Below, in pieces: positions 9,356 to 19,041 of a DNA stretch of 36,925 bases. The position numbers and the translations under genes were made by a program. The stretch spans positions 1 to 36,925 of the forward strand of contig JBFISZ010000003.1 in NCBI GenBank assembly GCA_041608315.1, written 5' to 3'. Below the pieces are notes generated by a model. It was not told the origin of the DNA. It saw only the letters and a list, made by a program, of their open reading frames with translations, and ran no database searches. The DNA is from Acidimicrobiia bacterium. GTDB taxonomy: Bacteria; Actinomycetota; Acidimicrobiia; Spongiisociales; UBA5794. How positions within the stretch are numbered: position 1 is the first letter of the stretch; every line of letters starts with the position of its first letter.

Positions 9356-9393
9356 GCCACCCACTGAGGAGGGCGGCCACCCACTGAGGAGGG
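9356..9393 (+). repeat. 18-bp direct repeat at 20-nt period containing the RBS
   Basis: GCCACCCACTGAGGAGGG at 9356-9373 and 9376-9393. Confidence 0.9.
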
Positions 9394-9396
9394 TGA

Positions 9397-9819
9397 TTGA
9401 GCGAGGACCCAGCGCTGAGCCAGCATCTTCTCGTCAACCCGCCCCAGATGGCACCGGCGATCGGGTATTCCCACGCCGTTGTCGCCGCCCCGGGCCGTAC
9501 GGTCTACCTGGCGGGCCAGATAGCGTTCGACGACAAGGGCGTCATCGTCGGCGACACGTGGCTGGAACAGTTCGACGTGGCCCTGGGCAACCTCGTCGCT
9601 GCGCTGGCCGGGGCGGGAGGCCTCCCCGAGCACGTCGTTTGGATGCAGATCTTCACAGTCGACGTTCCGGCGTACCGGGCCGCCCGGCGCGAACTAGGTC
9701 CCGTCTATCAGCGTCATATGGGCCGGCACTTTCCGGCGATGGGCCTCTACGGACTCGCCGAGCTCGCCGATGTCGGCGCGCTGATGGAAGTCACTGCTAT
9801 CGCGGTCGTTCCCGACTGA
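9397..9819 (+). CDS. Rid (YjgF/YER057c/UK114) family protein lacking the catalytic Arg
   Basis: GYSHAV, VYLAGQIA and MEVTAIA motifs; PAM where RidA has PAR. Confidence 0.85.
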   Translation: MSEDPALSQHLLVNPPQMAPAIGYSHAVVAAPGRTVYLAGQIAFDDKGVIVGDTWLEQFDVALGNLVAALAGAGGLPEHVVWMQIFTVDVPAYRAARRELGPVYQRHMGRHFPAMGLYGLAELADVGALMEVTAIAVVPD

Positions 9820-9873
9820 TGCGTCTGCATCTGCCCATCCCCCGGCAGCTGTCTCCCGGTGTGGGAGCGGACG

Positions 9874-12800
9874 ATGAGTGAACATCCGTTGCTGGCGGAC
9901 GAAGCGGGCCGTACCGAGCTGCTGCTGGGAAACGAGGCGATTGCCCGCGGAGCGATCGAGGCCGGAGTCGGGTTTGCCAGCGGCTATCCGGGGACTCCAT
10001 CCACCGAGGTGACCGACACGTTCGCTCGATTGGCTCCGGAGCTCGGCATTCCGTTCGAGTACTCGGTCAATGAGAAGGTGGCTTTGGAGATGGCGTTCGC
10101 GGCTTCTCTGGCCGGCACCCGCTCCATCGTGGCCATGAAGCACCTCGGGCTCATGTCCGCCGGCGATCCGCTGGGCACCATCTCCTACATCGGAACGGTC
10201 GGCGGGATGGTCATAGTGAGCGCCGGTGACCCGTCGCTCCACACCAGCCCCAACGAGCAGGATCAGCGCCATCTGGCGGAGATGCTGCACCTTCCGATGT
10301 TCGATCCGCGAACTCCCCAGGAGGCTCTCGAAGTCACGCGGGCTGCCTTCGAGCTCTCGGAGCGCAGTCGCCTGCCCGTCGTCGTGCGGCCGACGACACG
10401 GGTTTGCCACACATCGGCATCGGTCCGTTTCGGGCCCAGGGCCCGGCCCGTCGTTACGGGTTTTCAGCGCGACCCGAAGCGGTTCCTGCCCATGCCGGCG
10501 AACGCGCGGAGGATGAGGGTCGAGATCAAGGAGCGGCTGGCGATTGCTGCCGCCTTCATGCGCCAATCGCACTTCTTCCAGCGCAGCGGAGCCGGCCGCA
10601 ATGCCATCCTTGCTTCAGGGGCGCCGGCCGCGGTGTGCGTCGACGTGCTCGAGGCGGCCGGGGCATCAGACAGTGTGACGCTACTGTCGCTCGGCATCGT
10701 CTACCCGCTTCCCGAGGAGTGGCTGGTCGCGGCACTGCGCGAGATGGACACGGTAATCGTGGTCGAGGAGCTCTCCCCTTATCTCGAGGATCGGGTGCGG
10801 GCTCTCTGCACGCTCCATGGGCTCTCCACCAAGATCCTCGGTCAGCGCACCGGGCATCTTCCCGGGGAGTTCGAATACGGGCCCGAGGTCATCCAGGCGG
10901 CGCTCCACGACGTATTCGGCCTCGGTTCCCAGCTCGAGCCCGCCCGAACGCCGCAACCCCTCCCGGTGCGGTCACCGACGTTGTGCGTGGCCTGCCCTCA
11001 TCGGTCGGCGTTCTTTGCGGCACGCTCCGTTTTCGGGGACGACGCCCTCTACTTCAATGACATCGGCTGCTACACCCTCGGAGCCCTGCCTCCGTTGAAC
11101 GCAGGCGATGCGCTGCTCTCGATGGGCGCCGGGTTCACGCTCGCCGCAGGTGTCGCCCGTACGACCGGGAAACGAACCCTGGGCTTCGTCGGCGATTCGA
11201 CGTTCTTCCATTCGGGGATGCCGGCATTGCTCAACGCCATCAAGGAAAACGTGAACATGGTGGCGGTCGTGATGGACAACCAGGTGACGGCCATGACCGG
11301 GTTCCAGGAGAGTCCCGGGGTCGAGATCCAGGGACGGGTCGTGCAGCGCTCGGCCGACATCGCCGCCGTGGTGAGGGCGCTCGGCGCCCGTCACGTCGAG
11401 ACGATCGACCCCAACGACCTCGCCGCCGCCGTCTCCGCCTTTGAGCGAGCCAAACAGCGCGATGAGCTCAGCGTCATCATCTCGCAGCGAGCCTGCCCTA
11501 TCTTCTTCGAGCGGGAAGTCGGGCGTCGCGAGCGAGCCATCCCGGACGACGTGGCCCAGGTCGATCTGGTCGACGCTGCCGGCGAGGCCGAAGCGACTGT
11601 GGCCGAGCAAGTCGCCACTGCGATTGCCCGCCAAGGCGATGATCCGACGACACGCGGAATCGCCACCTACGCCATCGATCACGACCGCTGTCAGCACTGC
11701 GGGCGCTCGAGTTGCGGGCAGCGTTGCGCCCAGGGAGTGGAAATCGGCTTCGAACGCGCCATGGCCCGTGCCCGGTCGCTCGAAGCCGGAACGGACCTGA
11801 ACCGACCGCCGATCGCTCCCTGCGCCACCAAGTGCCCCCTCTTCCTGTGCATCCAGGGCTACTCGGCGCACATCGCCGCAGGGCGCTACGGGGACGCCCT
11901 CGAGCTCATAATGAGCGGCTTGCCACTGGCAGACTCGGTGTGTCGCGTTTGCCACCGGCCGTGCGAGGACGCCTGCGTCCTGGGCGAGCAGCCGGTCGCC
12001 ATCAACGAGCTCAAGCGGTTTGTCATGGACTGGGCCGGCGCCCAGGACGAGTTCCCCTATCGGCCGCAGCCTGCGCCCGCCAACGGCAAAACGGTTGCCG
12101 TGGTCGGAGCGGGGCCCGCCGGGCTGGCGGCCGCCCATGAGCTCGCGCTGCGCGGATACGGCGTCCGCCTCCTCGATGCCAACGACCAGCCGGGGGGGCT
12201 GCTCGCCACGGGAATCCCCTCATATCGGCTGCCACCCGAGGCGCTGCGTCGCGACGTCGATCGCATCCTCGGTTTGGGAGTCACGTTCGAGGGCAACACA
12301 CGACTGGGAACCGATGTCGACATTGATGAGCTCCTCGGAGCTCACGACGCCGTTCTGTTGGCAATCGGGACCGGCGTCGCTGCCGACCTCGAGCTCAGCG
12401 GTCGGGGCCCCGCAGTCGTCCAAGGGCTCGACTACCTCAACGGAGGCGGCGCGTCTGCCGACCGGGTCGTCGTCGTCGGTGGCGGCAACACGGCCGTAGA
12501 TGCCGGCCGCACGGCGCTGCGGCGCGGCGCATCCCGAGTAGTGCTGGCGTGCCTCGAGGACCGGGCGGAAATGCCGGCGATCGACAGCGAGATCGCCGCG
12601 GCGTGCGAGGAAGGCGTCGAACTACGCACCCGGCGCAAGGCGGTCGGGCTGGTCGCCGCGGGCATCGAGCTCGTGTCGGTGGAGCCACGAGTTCGAGGCC
12701 GGACCGATCCCGAGAATTTCGAGGTGGTCGCAGGCACCACCACCGCAATCGATGCCGACCTGGTCGTGATCGCCGTCGGGCAGCGCCCCGACCCCTCGAT

Positions 12801-13371
12801 TCGGTGGCTACCCGGCGACGTCCCGGTCTCGGCGGACGGGCCGGTTGTCGACGACGAGTGCGGGGCCACGGCTCACGAGCGGATCTTCGCCGCCGGGGAC
12901 ATGGCAGACGGCGCGGGCAGCGTCACCGATGCGATTGCCGGCGGGCTGCGGGCGGCCTGGGGCATCGACCGCAAGCTGCGGGGCGCCGCCAAAGCGGATG
13001 AGCGGCCACCCCCGCCCCGGGTCCCTTCGGGCCCACCGGCCGGGAGGCCCGGAGTATGGCGGGTCGACGACACGACGCGAGCAGCGACTCCGGAACTCGA
13101 TCCCCGCACGCGCGCGGCTACCTTCGACGAAGTAGTCGGCACCCTCACCGAGAAGACAGCTCGAGCGGAGGCCTCCCGGTGCATGATCTGTGGTCTGTGC
13201 GGCAACTGCAACGCGTGTCTCGATCTGTTCGGCTGTCCCGCGTTCTACGTCGCAGACGGCCTGATCGAGATCGACTCCGGCCTGTGTGTGGCTTGTGGGG
13301 TGTGTGCCCAGTTCTGTCCGAACGACGCCATCTACCCGGTGGCGCGATCGCCGGAGGTCGGGTCGCTTTGA
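9874..13371 (+). CDS. iorA: Indolepyruvate oxidoreductase alpha subunit fused to a GltD/NfnB-like FAD/NAD(P) Fe-S oxidoreductase and a ferredoxin domain
   Basis: LLGNEAIARGA, GYPGTPSTE, NEKVALE, CVACPHR, DIGCYTLG and GDSTFFHSG (IorA/TPP). Then CATKCP, CRVCHRPCEDAC, GAGPAG, GGGNTAVD and FAAGD (GltD-like). Ends with 4Fe-4S motifs including CVACGVCAQFCP. Confidence 0.85.
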   Translation: MSEHPLLADEAGRTELLLGNEAIARGAIEAGVGFASGYPGTPSTEVTDTFARLAPELGIPFEYSVNEKVALEMAFAASLAGTRSIVAMKHLGLMSAGDPLGTISYIGTVGGMVIVSAGDPSLHTSPNEQDQRHLAEMLHLPMFDPRTPQEALEVTRAAFELSERSRLPVVVRPTTRVCHTSASVRFGPRARPVVTGFQRDPKRFLPMPANARRMRVEIKERLAIAAAFMRQSHFFQRSGAGRNAILASGAPAAVCVDVLEAAGASDSVTLLSLGIVYPLPEEWLVAALREMDTVIVVEELSPYLEDRVRALCTLHGLSTKILGQRTGHLPGEFEYGPEVIQAALHDVFGLGSQLEPARTPQPLPVRSPTLCVACPHRSAFFAARSVFGDDALYFNDIGCYTLGALPPLNAGDALLSMGAGFTLAAGVARTTGKRTLGFVGDSTFFHSGMPALLNAIKENVNMVAVVMDNQVTAMTGFQESPGVEIQGRVVQRSADIAAVVRALGARHVETIDPNDLAAAVSAFERAKQRDELSVIISQRACPIFFEREVGRRERAIPDDVAQVDLVDAAGEAEATVAEQVATAIARQGDDPTTRGIATYAIDHDRCQHCGRSSCGQRCAQGVEIGFERAMARARSLEAGTDLNRPPIAPCATKCPLFLCIQGYSAHIAAGRYGDALELIMSGLPLADSVCRVCHRPCEDACVLGEQPVAINELKRFVMDWAGAQDEFPYRPQPAPANGKTVAVVGAGPAGLAAAHELALRGYGVRLLDANDQPGGLLATGIPSYRLPPEALRRDVDRILGLGVTFEGNTRLGTDVDIDELLGAHDAVLLAIGTGVAADLELSGRGPAVVQGLDYLNGGGASADRVVVVGGGNTAVDAGRTALRRGASRVVLACLEDRAEMPAIDSEIAAACEEGVELRTRRKAVGLVAAGIELVSVEPRVRGRTDPENFEVVAGTTTAIDADLVVIAVGQRPDPSIRWLPGDVPVSADGPVVDDECGATAHERIFAAGDMADGAGSVTDAIAGGLRAAWGIDRKLRGAAKADERPPPPRVPSGPPAGRPGVWRVDDTTRAATPELDPRTRAATFDEVVGTLTEKTARAEASRCMICGLCGNCNACLDLFGCPAFYVADGLIEIDSGLCVACGVCAQFCPNDAIYPVARSPEVGSL

Positions 13372-14039
13372 GCGGAACTCTGCAGATTGCCGTTGTCGGC
13401 GTCGGCGGCCAGGGCGTAGTCAGTCTGGCTCGCCTTCTGGGAAGGGCCGCCGTGCAGGCCGGCCTCGAAGCCCGGGTCGGCCAGATCCACGGCCTGTCGC
13501 AGCGGGGCGGCAGCGTCGAGGCGACGGTAGTGCTCGGGCCCGGAAACACCGCCTACGTCTCTCCCGGGCAAGCCGAAGTCGTCGTCGCGCTCGAGCCTCT
13601 CGAAGCGGCGCGGGCCCTTCCCAAGATATCGGGCACTGCCAGCGTGCTCGTGAATCGGACCCCGATCGTTCCTACCAACGTCACCCTCGATCGTGTCGGC
13701 TATCCCGATCTCGGCTCCCTCGTGTCGCAAATCGAGGATGTCGCCCGCGAAGTTCATCTGATCGAAGGTACCAAGCTGGCTCGCCAAGCCGGCAGCGGGC
13801 GCCTTCTCAATGTGGTCATGGTGGGCGTGGTCGCCGGGCTCGATCTGCTTCCGGTCCCCCCCGGCGTCCTGGCCGCGACGGCGGAACAGTTCCATGGCTC
13901 GCCCCACACCGTCGCCAGGCGAAAGGCCTTCTCCCTCGGTGAAGAACTGGGTCGGGAGTTGGCGGCGTCACGCCTGCTGACGGGTCGGGCGGCGATCGGC
14001 GAACCGGGTCGTGACCACCCTGCGGCCCCCCAGCGATGA
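13368..14039 (+). CDS. iorB: Indolepyruvate oxidoreductase beta subunit
   Basis: GVGGQG, IHGLSQRGGSV, ALEPLEAAR and NVVMVG. TTGA overlap with iorA; RBS GGAGG. Confidence 0.85.
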   Translation: MSGTLQIAVVGVGGQGVVSLARLLGRAAVQAGLEARVGQIHGLSQRGGSVEATVVLGPGNTAYVSPGQAEVVVALEPLEAARALPKISGTASVLVNRTPIVPTNVTLDRVGYPDLGSLVSQIEDVAREVHLIEGTKLARQAGSGRLLNVVMVGVVAGLDLLPVPPGVLAATAEQFHGSPHTVARRKAFSLGEELGRELAASRLLTGRAAIGEPGRDHPAAPQR

Positions 14040-14088
14040 TGGAGATCGCCGCGGTAGGCTGGGGCGAAACCGGAAAGCGGGCCTGAGA

Positions 14089-16164
14089 ATGGCGTACAAA
14101 CTCGGTGTCGACGTTGGCGGGACCTTCACCGACTTCTTTCTGTGGTCGGCCGATGGAACGGTCTCCACCTCCAAGACGCTCTCGACACCGTCCGATCCGT
14201 CGATCGGGGTTCTCGACGGGATCCGCCAGATTGCCGCCGACCAAGGCACCGACTTCACCTCCTTTGCGAGTCAGATAACGACCATTGTTCACGGCACCAC
14301 GGTCACCACCAACGCCACGCTGACGAGAAACGGTGCCAAGACGGGCCTGCTGACCACCAAGGGGGTCCGCGATGCGCTCGAAATGCGGCGCGGCATACGC
14401 GAGGAGCAGTACAACAACCGATTCACCAATGTCGTGCCTCTGGTACCGCGCCATCTGCGCGCTCCGGTGGCCGGAAGGCTCGACTACCAGGGAGACGAGG
14501 TGGAGCCTCTCGACCTCGATGACGTGCAAGCAGCCGTTCGGCTGTTTGCCGGCGAGCAGGTCGAGGCGGTTGCCATCTGTTTCATGAACTCGTTTGCCAA
14601 CCAGTCTCACGAAGACGTCGCCGCCGAAATCGTGCGCCGGGAGCTACCGGACGCCTTTCTCAGCGTCTCGTCTGAGGTACTGCCGACGATCCGCTTCTAC
14701 AACAGGGTTTCGACCACCGTTCTCAACTCCTACATTGGCCCGATTCTGCACAGCTACCTCGAGAGCCTGACCTCCAAGCTGGAAGCAGCCGGCTTCGGTG
14801 GCGTGCTGCTGATCATGCAATCAAACGGCGGGGTCGCCCTCCCCGAGCTCGCGATGCGGCGACCGGCGACGACACTGCTCTCCGGGCCGGCCGGGGGCCC
14901 GGGGGCGGCGGTGGCCCACACCAGGGCCCATGGAAGTGACGACTGCATCGTTGTCGACATGGGAGGTACCAGCTTCGACGCTTCATTGGTACGCGACGGT
15001 GAGGCGGCGATGTATCAGGAGAGCGAGATCGATCGGCTGCGCATCGCACTGCCGATGCTGGCGATCACCACCATCGGGGCCGGAGGGGGCAGCATCGGCT
15101 GGATCGATGAGGGAGGGCTGCTGCGGATGGGCCCGCAGTCTGCAGGCGCCGATCCCGGCCCGGCATCCTACGGCCGCGGAGGCGACCTTCCCACCTGCAC
15201 CGACGCCAACGTAGTTCTCGGGTACCTCGACCCCGAGTTCTTCGCCGGAGGAGCGATGCCACTCGAGTCAGATCAGGCGAGCAAGGCGGTTGCGCGCCAC
15301 ATCGCCGAGCCGCTCGGCCTCAGTGTCGAGGAGGCCGCGGCCGGGATGTACCGGGTCATCAACACCAACATGGCCCATGGGGTTCGCGAGATCACCGTTG
15401 AGCGCGGCTTGGACCCGCGCGATTTCCCTCTCGTGGTGGCGGGGGGAGCGGGATCCCTCCATGCGTGCATGATCGCTCGCGAGCTGGAGATCCCCTCGCT
15501 CCTCGTGCCGGCCACCGCCTCGGTTCTGTGCGCTGCCGGCATGGTGCTCAGCGACCTCCAGCACGACTTCGTGCGGTCCTATGTGTCCCGATTCGGCGAG
15601 CTCGACATGGATCGCCTGGCCGAGCTGGTTGCGACCATGACCGCCGAGGGCGATACCCAACTCGGCTTGGAGGGCATCGATCCGAAGCGGGTCGAGCACC
15701 TGATCGATCTCGACCTGCGCTACGTGAAGCAATACCACGAGGTGACGGTGCCCGTTGCCGCCCAAGCTATCGCCGCCGGCGACCTGACCACGATTGCCGA
15801 GGCCTTCCATCGCGAGCACGATCGCCTCTACGGCTACAACCTGGCCGACGAAGGCACCGAACTCGAGCTCATCAACGTCCGGGTGCGGTCCGTCGGACGG
15901 ACCGACAAGCCCGAGCTACCGACCTTGAAGCCGGGGGGCGAGGACCCGGGCGGGGCGCTCAAGGGCACGCGCCGCGCCTACGTTCCCGAGAGCGACGCCT
16001 TCGCCGACGTCGCCGTCTACGACGGGCACCGCATCGAGCCGAACAACGTCATCGCGGGCCCGGCGCTGATCGAACGGGTCGACACGACGATTCTCGTCAG
16101 CTCCTCTTTCACAGCGCGAGTTGACGACCACGGCAGCTGCCTGCTGCGCGCTAACGGAGGATGA
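14089..16164 (+). CDS. Hydantoinase/oxoprolinase A subunit; probable 2-oxindoleacetate(-CoA) hydrolase subunit (IaaCE-like)
   Basis: DVGGTFTD, HGTTVTTN, LLSGPAGG, DMGGTSFD, IGAGGGSI, GPQSAGADPGP and TDAN motifs. Substrate inferred from context. Confidence 0.9.
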   Translation: MAYKLGVDVGGTFTDFFLWSADGTVSTSKTLSTPSDPSIGVLDGIRQIAADQGTDFTSFASQITTIVHGTTVTTNATLTRNGAKTGLLTTKGVRDALEMRRGIREEQYNNRFTNVVPLVPRHLRAPVAGRLDYQGDEVEPLDLDDVQAAVRLFAGEQVEAVAICFMNSFANQSHEDVAAEIVRRELPDAFLSVSSEVLPTIRFYNRVSTTVLNSYIGPILHSYLESLTSKLEAAGFGGVLLIMQSNGGVALPELAMRRPATTLLSGPAGGPGAAVAHTRAHGSDDCIVVDMGGTSFDASLVRDGEAAMYQESEIDRLRIALPMLAITTIGAGGGSIGWIDEGGLLRMGPQSAGADPGPASYGRGGDLPTCTDANVVLGYLDPEFFAGGAMPLESDQASKAVARHIAEPLGLSVEEAAAGMYRVINTNMAHGVREITVERGLDPRDFPLVVAGGAGSLHACMIARELEIPSLLVPATASVLCAAGMVLSDLQHDFVRSYVSRFGELDMDRLAELVATMTAEGDTQLGLEGIDPKRVEHLIDLDLRYVKQYHEVTVPVAAQAIAAGDLTTIAEAFHREHDRLYGYNLADEGTELELINVRVRSVGRTDKPELPTLKPGGEDPGGALKGTRRAYVPESDAFADVAVYDGHRIEPNNVIAGPALIERVDTTILVSSSFTARVDDHGSCLLRANGG

Positions 16165-16167
16165 TTC

Positions 16168-17919
16168 ATGGCTGATCACGTTGCCGCACCCGAGATCGAC
16201 AAGGTCTTGGTGTCCATCATCGGAAGGGCGCTCAAGGCGTTCACCGACGAGATGAGCATCTCCATGGAGAAGACCACTCGCTCGCCGATTCTGTGTGAAG
16301 CGAAGGACTTCGTCACCGGCCTCTACGACGCCGAGGGCCGCATGCTGGAGCAGACGGAGAACCTGCCGATTCTCAGCTTCTCGTTGGGCCCGGTGTGCGC
16401 CCACATTGCAGAGAAATTCGCCGGCAACGTCTATCCGGGCGATGTCTTCCTCCACAACGATGTCTTCTCTCTGGGGAACCAGAACAACGATGTGGCAGCC
16501 TTCAAGCCGATCTTCGTTGGTGAGGATCTGGTGGGCTGGTCGGCCACCAAGGGACACCAGGCCGACATCGGCGGCAACGTCCGCGGCGGTTACAACCCCA
16601 ATGCCACCGAGGTGTGGCAGGAGGGGCTGCGGATCCCGGCCGTGAAGGTGTACGAGCGCGGCGAACTGCGCCGCGACGTGTGGGATCTCATCTTCGCCAA
16701 CGTGCGGCTCGACATCGTGCAAGAAGACATGCGCGCCGAGATCGGTGCCTGCACCGTGGGGGAGCGCCGCCTGATGGCCCTGGTCGAGAAGTACGGGTTG
16801 GAGCGCTTTGAGGCCCACAAGGAGTACCTCTTCGAAGCGACCCGCAAGATGATGGAGGCTGAGATCCGCGCCATTCCCGACGGGGTGTACGAGGGTGAGG
16901 GCCGGGTGTTCTTCGACGGCAAGAACGTCGGCTCGAGCTACACCATCCGGGTGAAGATCACTGTCGCCGGCGACCACATCACGTTCGACTACTCCGACAC
17001 CGACGCCCAGACAGACGCGTTCGTCAACGGGATTTACGCCTCGAGCGCCTCGGCAACGCTGTTGACGTTCCTCCAGATGGTCAATCCCGACATCCCGCAC
17101 AACCACGGCATGATCCAACCGATCGACATCATCATCCCCGAAGGCACGATCCTCAACGCGGCGTATCCGGCGGCAACGACGTTCGGCAACCACCTGTGCC
17201 CGCCGAACGCGGATTCCATCATGCGCGCTCTGGCTCCGGTAATCCCCACCCGGGTGACGGCCGGTTGGAACAACCTGCTGTGCTCGCTGACCAGCGGCGA
17301 TGACCCGCGCAAGAACGACACGTTCGTCGACATCATGTTCATGGGCCTCAAGGGCGGCTCGGGGGCAATGTGCGACACGGACGGCTACGACCACATCGGG
17401 ATGATCGACGCTTCGGGTGGATTACTCGACCAGGACTACGAGATGTTCGAGCAGCAGACGCCGCACCTCCTCCTCAAGCACGAGTTCCTGACCGACTCGG
17501 CCGGCGCCGGCGAGCACCGCGGCGGCCTGGGTGTCGAAACCCGCTATCGCATCGGGTCGGACGATACCCAGCTGGTGACGTTCGGCGACGGCGACGAGGA
17601 ACCGGCGTTCGGCCTCGCCGGCGGCACCGACGGCACGCTCAACAAGATCGAGCTCCACTATCCCGATGGCCGCGTCTACAAGACGACGAGCAAAGACCTC
17701 GTCGAGTCCGTGCCGCGGGACACCCTGTACATCCAGGAAGCCGGCGGCGGCGGTGGATACGGTGACCCGCACAAGCGCCCGGCCGCCAAGGTCCTCGCGG
17801 AAGTGCGCGACGGGGTGGTTTCGATCGGGGCAGCTCGCGACACATACGGTGTCGCCATCGACGCCGCCACTCTGGAGATCGACGAGGGCGAGACGGCCAA
17901 GCTCCGGGGTTCCCGCTGA
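16168..17919 (+). CDS. Hydantoinase/oxoprolinase B subunit (IaaCE-like)
   Basis: PGDVFLHND, HQADIGG, WQEGLRIP, DSAGAGEHRGGLG and GGGGYGDP. Confidence 0.9.
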   Translation: MADHVAAPEIDKVLVSIIGRALKAFTDEMSISMEKTTRSPILCEAKDFVTGLYDAEGRMLEQTENLPILSFSLGPVCAHIAEKFAGNVYPGDVFLHNDVFSLGNQNNDVAAFKPIFVGEDLVGWSATKGHQADIGGNVRGGYNPNATEVWQEGLRIPAVKVYERGELRRDVWDLIFANVRLDIVQEDMRAEIGACTVGERRLMALVEKYGLERFEAHKEYLFEATRKMMEAEIRAIPDGVYEGEGRVFFDGKNVGSSYTIRVKITVAGDHITFDYSDTDAQTDAFVNGIYASSASATLLTFLQMVNPDIPHNHGMIQPIDIIIPEGTILNAAYPAATTFGNHLCPPNADSIMRALAPVIPTRVTAGWNNLLCSLTSGDDPRKNDTFVDIMFMGLKGGSGAMCDTDGYDHIGMIDASGGLLDQDYEMFEQQTPHLLLKHEFLTDSAGAGEHRGGLGVETRYRIGSDDTQLVTFGDGDEEPAFGLAGGTDGTLNKIELHYPDGRVYKTTSKDLVESVPRDTLYIQEAGGGGGYGDPHKRPAAKVLAEVRDGVVSIGAARDTYGVAIDAATLEIDEGETAKLRGSR

Positions 17920-17922
17920 GCC

Positions 17923-19041
17923 ATGGACTTCGCGCTGACCGAGGAACAAGAGGCGGTGCGCAAGCTGTTCCGGGAGTTCGCCGACAACGATATCCGGCCC
18001 TTGGCGAGAGATCTCGATCAGAACCCCCGCTTCCCGGCCGACCTGTTTCGTGCGATTGGGAAGCTGGGCTTCTTTGCGATGCGCTATCCAGAGCCCGAGG
18101 GCGGTGGGGCCGACCCGCTGTCCTACCTGGTGGCCGTCGAGGAGCTGGCCCGGGGCTCGCTGGCCGTGGCCGCCGCCGCAAGCATGCAGTCGCTCATGGG
18201 CACCTTCTTCGTGCACCGCTTTGCCGAGGGCGATCTGCGAGGGCGCCTGCTGGCACCGGCCTTGCGGGGAGACGTCGTCGGCACGATATGTATGACAGAG
18301 CCCGACGCCGGCAGCGACCTGCTTGCGATGACGACGAGCGCCGCCCAGCACGACGACGCCTGGCTCATCACCGGGCAGAAGACGTGGATCACGTCGGCAC
18401 CCGTCGCCGACATGTTCACCGTGTTTGCGCGCACCGGCGAGAGGGAGCTCAGCATCTTCCTGGTGGAACGCGACGCCCCGGGCCTCACGGTGGGGCGCTC
18501 GATCGACAAGATGGGTGTCAAGGCATCTCTGACCTCGGAGGTCTTCTTCGACGAGACACCGGCGACGGCCATGCTGGGCGGGCGCGGTGAAGGGGTTCCC
18601 AGCCTGCGAGAGATCCTCGACGAGATCCGGTTGATGACCGCGGCGCTGGCGCTGGGCGTCGCCGGAGCGGCCTTCGACGATGCCCTCGCCTATTCGCAGG
18701 AACGGGTGCAGTTTGGCAAGGCGATAAACCGGTTCCAGTCGATTCAGATTCACCTGGCCGAGATGCGCACCAAGCTGGCGGCGGCGCGCCAACTCACTCA
18801 TTGGGCGGCCTGGCGCGCCGAGCGCGGCCTGGAGAACACCGACCAGTCGGCAATGGCCAAGCTGTTCGCCTCGGAGACGGCTCTCGAGGTGTGTGAGCGG
18901 GCGGCCCGGATAATGGCCAGCTACGGCTACGCCGCCGAGTACGACGTCGAGCGCTACCTGCGCGACGTTCGCTTCACTCTCATCGGCGGGGGGACATCGG
19001 AGATCCTCCGTCTCAATATCGCCAGGGGCTTGACGAGATGA
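17923..19041 (+). CDS. iaaF: Acyl-CoA dehydrogenase; probable (2-amino)benzylmalonyl-CoA dehydrogenase
   Basis: MTEPDAGSD, GQKTWIT, RVQFGK, AMAKLFASE and IGGGTSEI. Specific name rests on adjacency to the B12 mutase in an iaa-like cluster. Confidence 0.75.
   Translation: MDFALTEEQEAVRKLFREFADNDIRPLARDLDQNPRFPADLFRAIGKLGFFAMRYPEPEGGGADPLSYLVAVEELARGSLAVAAAASMQSLMGTFFVHRFAEGDLRGRLLAPALRGDVVGTICMTEPDAGSDLLAMTTSAAQHDDAWLITGQKTWITSAPVADMFTVFARTGERELSIFLVERDAPGLTVGRSIDKMGVKASLTSEVFFDETPATAMLGGRGEGVPSLREILDEIRLMTAALALGVAGAAFDDALAYSQERVQFGKAINRFQSIQIHLAEMRTKLAAARQLTHWAAWRAERGLENTDQSAMAKLFASETALEVCERAARIMASYGYAAEYDVERYLRDVRFTLIGGGTSEILRLNIARGLTR

Noticed and set aside
9356-9393. CRISPR array
   Set aside because: Only two copies 2 nt apart, with no spacers and no cas genes.
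14089-17919. Acetone/acetophenone carboxylase or 5-oxoprolinase
   Set aside because: No additional carboxylase subunits are present and context favours oxindole lactam hydrolysis. Not strictly excluded without a phylogeny.
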